This document shows positions 1-10,083 of a stretch of 16,716 bases of DNA, piece by piece. Source of the DNA: Azolla caroliniana (Eukaryota > Plantae > Polypodiophyta); the NCBI GenBank assembly GCA_043228905.1, contig JBHGNT010000726.1, positions 1 to 16,716 of the forward strand, read 5' to 3'. The stretch's first letter is position 1; every line of letters begins with the position of its first letter. A program made the translations under genes and the position numbers. The notes under the pieces were generated by a model. That model did not search any database, was not told where the DNA came from, and saw nothing but the letters and a program-made list of their open reading frames with translations.

Positions 1-770
1 AAAATGTTCATACCTGGCTCGGGTGATATCGGAATTTTGTGTTCAAACATGCCAATCGAAGCTAACTACGCTAGCGATGATACAGAATTAAAAAATAAAG
101 ATTTTGAACCTCAGGTTGAGAGAGATGACGTAATAAGCAAATTTAAGGAGGGAGTGGACAAGAGCTAGTAGGTAAATTAAAATGTTAATACCTGGCTCGG
201 GTGATATCGGATTTTTGTGTTCAAACATGCGAATCGAAGCTAACAACCCGTGCTATGATATAGAATTAAAAAATCAAGATTTCGAAACTCAGGTCGAGAG
301 ACATGACGAAATAAGCAAATTTGAGGAGGGAGTGGACAAGAGCTAGTAGGTAAATTAAAATGTTCATACCTGGCTCGGGTGATATCGGATTTTTGTGTTC
401 AAATATGCGAATCGAAGATAACAACGCTCGCTATGATATAGAATTAAAAAATCAAGATTTTGACACTCAGGTCGAGAGACATGACGAAATAAGAAAATTT
501 GAGGACGGAGTGGACAAGAGCTAGTAGGTAAATTATAATTTTCATACCTGGCCTGGGTGATATCGGATTTTTGTGTTCAAACATGCGAATCGAACCTAAC
601 TACGCTCGCTATGATATAGATTTATAAAATAAAGATTTTGAAACTCAGGTCGAGAGACATGACAGAATTAGCAAATTTGAGGAGGTAGTAGAGAAGAGCG
701 TGTTAGTAAATTAAAATGTTCATACCTGGCTCGGGTGATATCGGATTTTTGTGTTCAAACATGCGAATCG
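1..770. repeat. Monomer block duplicated at about 2161-3280 (offset 2160, then 2516)
   Basis: Monomers at 1 and 2161 share private variants (ggaattttg, gccaatc, ttgaacctcaggttgag, atttaaggag, followed by aaaatgttaata). From about 245 the match resumes at 2761 (aacccgtgct, gatttcgaaac, tttgacact, gaggacgg, ataattttcatacc, gaacctaac). Confidence 0.9.
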
Positions 771-1779
771 AAGCTAACTACGCTCGCTATGATATAGAAT
801 TAAAAAATCAAGATTTTGAAACTCAGGTCGAGAGACATGACGAAATAAGAAAATTTGAGGAGGTAGTGGAGAAGAGCGTGTTAGTAAATTAAAATGATCA
901 CACCTGGCCTGGGTGATATCGGATTTTTGTGTTCAAACATGCGAATCAAAGCTAACTACGCTCGCTATGATATAGAATTATAAAAGCAAGATTTTGAAAC
1001 TCAGGTCGAGAGACATGACAAAATTAGCAAATTTGAGGAGGTAGTGGAGAAGAGCGTGTTAGTAAATTAAAATGTTCATACCTGGCTCGTGTGATATCGG
1101 ATTTTTGTGTTCAAACATGCGAATGGAAGCTAACAACGCTCGCTATGATATAGAATTAAAAAATCAAGATTTTGGAACTCAGGTCGAGAGAGATGACGTA
1201 ATAAGCAAATTTGAGGAGGGAGCGGACAAAAGCTAGTAGGTAAATTAAAATGTTCATACCTGGATCGGGTGATATCGGATTTTTGTGTTCAAACATGCGA
1301 ATCGAAGCTAACTACGCTAGCGATGATAGAGAATTAAAAAATCAAGATTTTGAAACTCAGGTCGAGAGACATGATAAAATTATCAAATATGAGGAGGTAA
1401 TGGAGAAGAGTGCGTTAGTAAATTAAAATGTTCATACCTCGGTCGTGTGATATCGGATTTTTGTGTTCGAACATGCGAATCGAAGCTAACTACGCTAGCT
1501 GTGATATAGAACTAAAAAATCAAGATTTTGAAATTAGGGTCGAGAGAAATGACGAAATTTGCAAATTTGAGGAGGTACTCGAGAAGAGCTAGTAGGTAAA
1601 TTAAAATGTTCATACCTGGCTCGTGTGATATCGGATTTTTGTGTTCAAACATGCAATCGAAGCTAACTACGCTAGCTGTAATATAGAATTAAAAATTCAA
1701 GATTTTGAAATTGAGGTCGAGAGAAATGACGAAATTAGCAACTTTGAGGAGGGAGTGGACAAGAGCTAGTAGGTAAATT

Positions 1780-1982
1780 AAAATGTTCATACGTGGCTCG
1801 TGTGATATCGGATTTTTGTGTTGAAACATGCGAATCGAAGCTAAGTACGCTAGAGATGATAGAGAATTAAAAAATAAAGATTTTGAAACTCAGGTCGACA
1901 GAGATGACGAAATAAGGAAATTTGAGGAGGGAGTGGACAAGCAAATTTGAGGAGGTAGTGGAGAAGAGCGTGTTAGTAAATT
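1780..1982. repeat. 203-bp monomer carrying a 25-bp internal duplication (A-tail then B-tail)
   Basis: 1916-1940 ggaaatttgaggagggagtggacaa is followed directly by 1941-1965 gcaaatttgaggaggtagtggagaa. The next monomer starts at 1983 rather than 1958. Confidence 0.93.
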
Positions 1983-4295
1983 AAAATGTTCATACCTGGA
2001 TCGTGTGATATCGGATTTTTATGTTCAAAAATGCGAATCGAAGCTAACTACGCTAGGGATGATACAGAATTAAAAAATAAAGATTTTGAAACTCAGGTCG
2101 AGAGACATGACGAAATAAGCAAATTTGAGGAGGGAGTGGACAAGAGCTAGTAGGTAAATTAAAATGTTCATACCTGCCTCGGGTGATATCGGAATTTTGT
2201 GTTCAAACATGCCAATCGAAGCTAACTACGCTAGCGATGATACAGAATTAAAAAATAAAGATTTTGAACCTCAGGTTGAGAGAGATGACGTAATAAGCAA
2301 ATTTAAGGAGGGAGTGGACAAGAGCTAGTAGGTAAATTAAAATGTTAATACCTGGCTCGGGTGATATCGGATTTTTGTGTTCAAACATGCGAATCGAAGC
2401 TAATTACGCTAGCAGTGATATAAAATTTCAAAATCAAGATTTTGAAACTCAGGTCGAAAGACATGACAAAATTAGCAAATTTGAGGAGGTAGTGGAGAAG
2501 AGCGCGTTAGTAAATTAAAATGTTCATACCTGGCTCGTGTGATATCGGATTTTTGTGTTCAAACATGCGAATCGATGATAACTACGCTAGCGATGATACA
2601 AAATTAAAAAATCAAGATTTTGAAACTCAGGTCGAGAGACATGACGAAATAAGCAAATTTGAGGAGGGAGTGGACAAGAGCTAGTAGGTAAATTAAAATG
2701 TTCATACCTGGCTCGGGTGATATCGGATTTTTGTGTTCAAACATGCGAATCGAAGCTAACAACCCGTGCTATGATATAGAATTAAAAAATCAAGATTTCG
2801 AAACTCAGGTCGAGAGACATGACGAAATAAGCAAATTTGAGGAGGGAGTGGACAAGAGCTAGTAGGTAAATTAAAATGTTCATACCTGGCTCGGGTGATA
2901 TCGGATTTTTGTGTTCAAATATGCGAATCGAAGATAACAACGCTCGCTATGATATAGAATTAAAAAATCAAGATTTTGACACTCAGGTCGAGAGACATGA
3001 CGAAATAAGAAAATTTGAGGACGGAGTGGACAAGAGCTAGTAGGTAAATTATAATTTTCATACCTGGCCTGGGTGATATCGGATTTTTGTGTTCAAACAT
3101 GCGAATCGAACCTAACTACGCTCGCTATGATATAGATTTATAAAATAAAGATTTTGAAACTCAGGTCGAGAGACATGACAGAATTAGCAAATTTGAGGAG
3201 GTAGTAGAGAAGAGCGTGTTAGTAAATTAAAATGTTCATACCTGGCTCGGGTGATATCGGATTTTTGTGTTCAAACATGCGAATCGAAGATAACAACGCT
3301 CGCTATGATATAGAATTAAAAAATCAAGATTTTGAAACTCAGGTCGAGAGACATGACGAAATAAGAAAATTTCAGGAGGGAGTGGACAAGAGCTAGTAGG
3401 TAAATTAAAATGTTCATACCTGGCCTGGGTGATATCGGATTTTTGTGTTCAAACATGCGAATCGAAGCTAACTACGCTGCTATGATATAGAATTATAAAA
3501 TCAAGATTTTGAAACTCAGGTCGAGAGACATGACAGAATTAGCAAATTTGAGGAGGTAGTAGAGAAGAGCGTGTTAGTAAATTAAAATGTTCATACCTGG
3601 CTCGGGTGATATCGGATTTTTGTGTTCAAACATGCGAATCGAAGCTAACTACGCTAGCGATGATACAGAATTCAAAAATCAAGATTTTGAAACTCAGGTC
3701 GAGAGACATGACGAAATAAGCAAATTTGAGGAGGGAGTGGACAAGAGCTAGTAGGTAAATTAAAATGTTCATACCTGGCTCGGGTGATATCGGATTTTTG
3801 TGTTCAAACATGCTAATCGAAGCTAACAACACGTGCTATGATATAGAATTAAAAAATCAAGATTTTGAAACTCAGGTCGAGAGACATGACGAAATAAGCA
3901 AATTTGAGGAGGGAGTGGACAAGAGCTAGTAGGTAAATTAAAATGTTCATACCTGGCTCGGGTGATATCGGATTTTTGTGTTCAAACATGCGAATCGAAG
4001 CTAACTACGCTCGCTATGATATAGAATTATAAAATCAAGATTTTGAAACTCAGGTCGAGAGACATAACAGAATTAGCAAATTTGAGGAGGGAGTGGACAA
4101 GAACTAGTAGGTAAATTAAAATGTTCATACCTGGTTCGGGTGATATCGGATTTTTGTGTTCAAACATGCGAATCGATGGTAACTACGTTAGCGATGATAC
4201 AGAATTAAAAAATCAAGATTTTGAAACTCAGGTCGAGAGACATGACGAAATAAGCAAATTTGAGGAGGGAGTGGACAAGAGCTAGTAGGTAAATT

Positions 4296-4829
4296 AAAAT
4301 GTTCATACCTGGCTCGGGTGATATCGGATTTTTGTGTTTAAACATGAGAATCGAAGCTAACTACGCTAGCTGTGATATAGAATTTAAAAATCAAGATTTT
4401 GAAACTCAGGTCGAGAGACATGACAAAATTAGCAAATTTGAGGAGGTAGTGGAGAAGAGCGCGTTAGTAAATTAAAATGTTCATACCTGGCTCGTGTGAT
4501 ATCAGATTTTTGTGTTCAAACATGCGAATCGAAGCTAACTACGCTATCGATGATACAGAATTTAAAAATTAAGATTTTCACACTCAGGTCGAGAGACATG
4601 ACAAAATAAGAAAATTTGAGGAGGGAGTGGACAAGAGCTAGTAGGTAAATTAAAATGGTCATACCTGGTTAGGGTGATATCGGATTTTTGTGTTCAAACA
4701 TGCGAATCGAAGCTAACAACGCTCGCTATGATATAGAATTAAAAAATCAAGATTTTGAAACTCAGGTCAAGAGAGATGACGAAATAAGCAAATTTGAGGG
4801 GGGAGTGGACAAGAGCTAGTAGGTAAATT
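4296..4829. repeat. Three-monomer block duplicated at 10817-11350 (offset 6521)
   Basis: Rare variants shared in the same order: gatatcagattt, ctatcgatg, tttaaaaattaag, cactcagg, acaaaataagaaaat, cctggttaggg, ggtcaagagagatg. Confidence 0.88.
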
Positions 4830-6787
4830 AAAATGTTCATACCTGGCTCGGGTTATATCGATTTTTTGTGTTGAAACATGCGAATCGAAGCTAACAACGC
4901 TCGCTATGATATACAATGAAAAAATCAAGATTTTGAAACTCAGGTCGAGAGACATGACGAAATAAGCAAATTTGAGGAGGGAGTGGACAAGAGCTAGTAG
5001 GTAAATTAAAATGTTCATACCTGGCTCGGGTGATATCGGATTTTTGTGTTCAAACATGCGAATCGAAGATAACAACGCTCGCAATGATATAGAATTAAAA
5101 AATCAAGATTTTGAAACTCAGGTCGAGAGACATGACGAAATAAGCAAATTTGAGGAGGGAGTGGACAAGAGCTAGTAGGTAAATTAAAATGTTCATACCT
5201 GGTTCGGGTGATATCGGATTTTTGTGTTCAAACATGCGAATCGAAGCTAACAACGCTCGCTATGATATAGAATTAAAAAATCAAGATTTTGAAACTCAGG
5301 TCAAGAGAGATGACGAAATAAGCAAAATTGAGGAGGGAGTGGACAAGAGCTAGTAGGTAAATTAAAATGTTCATACCTGGCTCGGGTGATATCGGATTTT
5401 TGTGTTCAAACATGCGAATCGAAGATAACAACGCTCGCTATGATATAGAATTAAAAAATCAAGATTTTGAAACTCAGGTCGAGAGACATGACGAAATAAG
5501 CAAATTTGAGGAGGGAGTGGACAAGAGCTAGTAGGTAAATTAAAATGTTCATACCTGGCTCGGGTGATATTGGATTTTTGTGTTCAAATATGCGAATCGA
5601 AGATAACAACGCTCGCTATGATATAGAATTAAAAAATCAAGATTTTGACACTCAGGTCGAGAGACATGACGAAATAAGAAAATTTGAGGACGGAGTGGAC
5701 AAGAGCTAGTAGGTAAATTAAAATGTTCATACCTGGCCTGCTTGATATCGGATTTTTGTGTTCAAACATGCGAATCGAAGCTAACTACGCTCGCTATGAT
5801 ATAGAATTATAAAAGCAAGATTTTGAAACTCAGGTCGAGAGACATGACAGAATTAGCAAATTTGAGGAGGTAGTAGAGAAGAGCGTGTTAGTAAATTAAA
5901 ATGTTCATACCTGGCTCGTGTGATATCGGATTTTTGTGTTCAAACATGCGAATCGATGCTAACTACGCTAGCGATGATACAGAATTAAAAAATCAAGATT
6001 TTGAAACTCAGGTCGAGAGACATGACGAAATAAGCAAATTTGAGGAGGGAGTGCACAAGAGCTAGTAGGTAAATTAAAATGTTCATACCTGGCTCGGGTG
6101 ATATCGGATTTTTGTGTTCAAACATGAGAATCGAAGCTAACTACGCTAGCTGTGATATAGAATTTAAAAATCAAGATTTTGAAACTCAGGTCGAGAGACA
6201 TGACAAAATTAGCAAATTTGAGGAGGTAGTGGAGAAGAGCGCGTTAGTAAATTAAAATGTTCATACCTGGCTCGGGTGATATCGGATTTTTGTGTTCAAA
6301 CATGCGAATCGAAGCTAACTACGCTCGCGATGATACAGAATTAAAAAATCAAGATTTTGAAACTCAGGTCGAGAGACATGACGAAATTAGCGAATTTGAG
6401 GAGGGAGTGGAGAAGAGCGCGTTAGTAAATTAAAATGTTCATACCTGGCTCGTGTGATATCGGATTTTTGTGTTCAAACATGCGAATCGAAGCTAACTAC
6501 GCTATCGATGATACAGAATTTAAAAATCAAGATTTTGAAACTCAGGTCGAGAGAGATGACGAAATAAGCAAATTTGAGGAGGGAGTGGACAAGAGCTAGT
6601 AGGTAAATTAAAATGTTCATACCTAGCTCGGGTGATATCGGATTTTTGTGTTCAAACATGCGAATTGAAGCTAACTACGCTCGCTATGATATAGAAGTAA
6701 AAAATCAAGATTTTGAAACTCAGGTAGAGAGAGATAACAAAATTAGCAAATTTGAGGAGGTAGTGGAGAAGAGCGCGTTAGTAAATT

Positions 6788-6899
6788 AAAATGTTTATAC
6801 CTAGCTCGTGTGATATCGGATTTTTGTGTTCAAATATGCGAATCGAAGGGAACTACGCTAGCGATGATATAGAATTAAAAAATCAAGATTTAGTAAATT
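6788..6899. repeat. 112-bp truncated monomer (66-bp deletion of monomer positions about 105-170); also 9056-9167 and 14753-14864
   Basis: The junction aatcaagattt|agtaaatt replaces aatcaagattttgaaac...cgttagtaaatt. The next monomer starts 112 bp downstream. Confidence 0.95.
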
Positions 6900-7060
6900 A
6901 TAATGTTCATACCTAGCTCCTGTGATATCGGATTTTTGTTTTGAAACATGCGCTAGCGGTGATACAGAATTAAAAAATCAAGATTTTGAAACTCAGGTCA
7001 AGAGACATGAAGAAATTAGCGAATTTGAGGAGGGAGTGGAGAAGAGCGCGTAAGTAAATT
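6900..7060. repeat. 161-bp monomer (17-bp deletion); also 9168-9328
   Basis: Reads aaacatgcg|ctagcgg at about 6952 instead of aaacatgcgaatcgaagctaactgcgctagcg. Confidence 0.95.
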
Positions 7061-7416
7061 AAAATGTTCATAGCTGGCTCGTGTGATATCGGATTTTTGT
7101 TTTCAAACATGCGAATCGAAGCTAACAACGCTCGCTATGATATAGAATTAAAAAATCAAGATTTTGAAACTCAGGTCAAGAGAGATGACGAAATAAGCAA
7201 ATTTGAGGAGGGAGTGGACAAGATCTAGTAGGTAAATTAAAATACTCATACCTGGCTCGGGTGATATCGAATTTTTGTGTTCAAACATGCGAATCGAAGC
7301 GAACTACGCTAGCTGTGATATAGAATTTAAAAATCAAGATTTTGAAACTCAGGTCGAGAGACATGACAAAATTAGCAAATTTGAGGAGGTAGTGGAGAAG
7401 AGCACGTTAGTAAATT

Positions 7417-7631
7417 AAAATGTTCATACTTGGCTCGTGTGATATCGGATTTTTGTGTTCAAACATGCGAATCGATGCTAACTACGCTAGCGATGCTATA
7501 GAATTAAAAAATCAAGATTTTGAAACTCAGGTTAAGAGACATGACGAAATAAGCAAATTTGAGGAGGGAGTGGATCGAAGCTAACTACGCTAGCTGTGAT
7601 ATAGAATTTAAAAATCAAGATTTAGTAAATT
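7417..7631. repeat. Fused monomers: 75-bp deletion across a monomer boundary plus the 66-bp deletion; also 9685-9899
   Basis: gagggagtgga|tcgaagctaac at 7574/7575 joins monomer position 158 to position 56 of the next unit. It is followed by caagattt|agtaaatt at 7623/7624. Confidence 0.93.
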
Positions 7632-7987
7632 ATAATGTTCATACCTAGCTCCTGTGATATTGGATTTTTGTTTTGAAACATGCGAATCGAAGCTAACTGC
7701 GCTAGCGATGATACAGAATTAAAAAATCAAGATTTTGAAACTCAGGTCAAGAGACATGAAGAAATTAGCGAATTTGAGGAGGTAGTGGAGAAGAGCGCGT
7801 TAGTAAATTAAAATGTTCATACCTGGTTCGGGTGATATCGGATTTTTGTTTTCAAACATGCGAATCGAAGCTAACAACGCTCGCTATGATATAGAATTAA
7901 AAAATCAAGATTTTGAAACTCAGGTCGAGAGACATGACGAAATAAGAGAATTTGAGGAGGGAGTGGACAAGAGCTAGTAGGTAAATT

Positions 7988-10083
7988 AAAATGTTCATAC
8001 CTGGCCTGGGTGATATCGGATTTTTGTGTTCAAACATGCGAATCGAAGCTAACTACGCTCGCTATGATATAGAATTATAAAAGCAAGATTTTGAAACTCA
8101 GGTCGAGAGACATGACAGAATTAGCAAATTTGAGGAGGTAGTAGAGAAGAGCGTGTTAGTAAATTAAAATGTTCATACCTGGCTCGTGTGATATCGGATT
8201 TTTGTGTTCAAACATGCGAATCGATGCTAACTACGCTAGCGATGATACAGAATTGAAAAATCAAGATTTTGAAACTCAGGTCGAGAGACATGACGAAATA
8301 AGCAAATTTGAGGAGGGAGTGCACAAGAGCTAGTAGGTAAATTAAAATGTTCATACCTGGCTCGGGTGATATCGGATTTTTGTGTTCAAACATGAGAATC
8401 GAAGCTAACTACGCTAGCTGTGATATAGAATTTAAAAATCAAGATTTTGAAACTCAGGTCGAGAGACATGACAAAATTAGCAAATTTGAGGAGGTAGTGG
8501 AGAAGAGCGCGTTAGTAAATTAAAATGTTCATACCTGGCTCGGGTGATATCGGATTTTTGTGTTCAAACATGCGAATCGAAGCTAACTACGCTCGCGATG
8601 ATACAGAATTAAAAAATCAAGATTTTGAAACTCAGGTCGAGAGACATGACGAAATTAGCGAATTTGAGGAGGGAGTGGAGAAGAGCGCGTTAGTAAATTA
8701 AAATGTTCATACCTGGCTCGTGTGATATCGGATTTTTGTGTTCAAACATGCGAATCGAAGCTAACTACGCTATCGATGATACAGAATTTAAAAATCAAGA
8801 TTTTGAAACTCAGGTCGAGAGAGATGACGAAATAAGCAAATTTGAGGAGGGAGTGGACAAGAGCTAGTAGGTAAATTAAAATGTTCATACCTAGCTCGGG
8901 TGATATCGGATTTTTGTGTTCAAACATGCGAATTGAAGCTAACTACGCTCGCTATGATATAGAAGTAAAAAATCAAGATTTTGAAACTCAGGTAGAGAGA
9001 GATAACAAAATTAGCAAATTTGAGGAGGTAGTGGAGAAGAGCGCGTTAGTAAATTAAAATGTTTATACCTGGCTCGTGTGATATCGAATTTTTGTGTTCA
9101 AATATGCGAATCGAAGGGAACTACGCTAGCGATGATATAGAATTAAAAAATCAAGATTTAGTAAATTATAATGTTCATACCTAGCTCCTGTGATATCGGA
9201 TTTTTGTTTTGAAACATGCGCTAGCGGTGATACAGAATTAAAAAATCAAGATTTTGAAACTCAGGTCAAGAGACATGAAGAAATTAGCGAATTTGAGGAG
9301 GGAGTGGAGAAGAGCGCGTAAGTAAATTAAAATGTTCATAGCTGGCTCGTGTGATATCGGATTTTTGTTTTCAAACATGCGAATCGAAGCTAACAACGCT
9401 CGCTATGATATAGAATTAAAAAATCAAGATTTTGAAACTCAGGTCAAGAGAGATGACGAAATAAGCAAATTTGAGGAGGGAGTGGACAAGAGCTAGTAGG
9501 TAAATTAAAATACTCATACCTGGCTCGGGTGATATCGAATTTTTGTGTTCAAACATGCGAATCGAAGCGAACTACGCTAGCTGTGATATAGAATTTAAAA
9601 ATCAAGATTTTGAAACTCAGGTCGAGAGACATGACAAAATTAGCAAATTTGAGGAGGTAGTGGAGAAGAGCACGTTAGTAAATTAAAATGTTCATACTTG
9701 GCTCGTGTGATATCGGATTTTTGTGTTCAAACATGCGAATCGATGCTAACTACGCTAGCGATGCTATAGAATTAAAAAATCAAGATTTTGAAACTCAGGT
9801 TAAGAGACATGACGAAATAAGCAAATTTGAGGAGGGAGTGGATCGAAGCTAACTACGCTAGCTGTGATATAGAATTTAAAAATCAAGATTTAGTAAATTA
9901 TAATGTTCATACGAATCGAAGCTAACTGTGATATTGGATTTTTGTTTTGAAACATGCGAATCGAAGCTAACTGCGCTAGCGATGATACAGAATTAAAAAA
10001 TCAAGATTTTGAAACTCAGGTCAAGAGACATGAAGAAATTAGCGAATTTGAGGAGGGAGTGGAGAAGAGCGCGTTAGTAAATT
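7988..10083. repeat. Higher-order repeat, copy 2 (nearly identical to 5720-7809)
   Basis: Same monomer order and the same four deletion junctions (9159/9160, about 9220, 9842/9843, 9891/9892). It differs by a handful of substitutions and a net +6-bp replacement at 9913-9925. Confidence 0.95.

Larger units (their letters stand above)
5720..7987. repeat. Higher-order repeat, copy 1 (2268-bp period; 14 monomer units including truncated ones)
   Basis: Monomer starts 5720, 5898, 6076, 6254, 6432, 6610, 6788, 6900, 7061, 7239, 7417 and 7632 each map +2268 with the same SNPs and deletions. 14x178 - 66 - 17 - 75 - 66 = 2268. ORFs 6474..6659 and 8742..8927 translate identically and lie 2268 apart. 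The last unit (7810) has no matching counterpart after copy 2. Confidence 0.95.

Noticed and set aside
143-172. G-quadruplex or Shine-Dalgarno-like signal in gaggagggagtgg
   Set aside because: There is only one run of three G, so at best a weak two-tier G4. The GGAGG is not followed by a + strand ORF and is simply part of the repeat.
1-178. Identity with Arabidopsis CEN178/CEN180 or other named ~171-180-bp satellites
   Set aside because: Only the length agrees. I recognise no sequence similarity from memory, so no family or species is assigned without a database search.
4134-4151. CENP-B-box-like motif ttcgggtgatatcgga (ctcg in most monomers)
   Set aside because: The canonical core is TTCG-N4-A-N2-CGGG. 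Here the CpG spacing is one base longer, the end is CGGA, and most copies begin CTCG, so it is not a canonical box.
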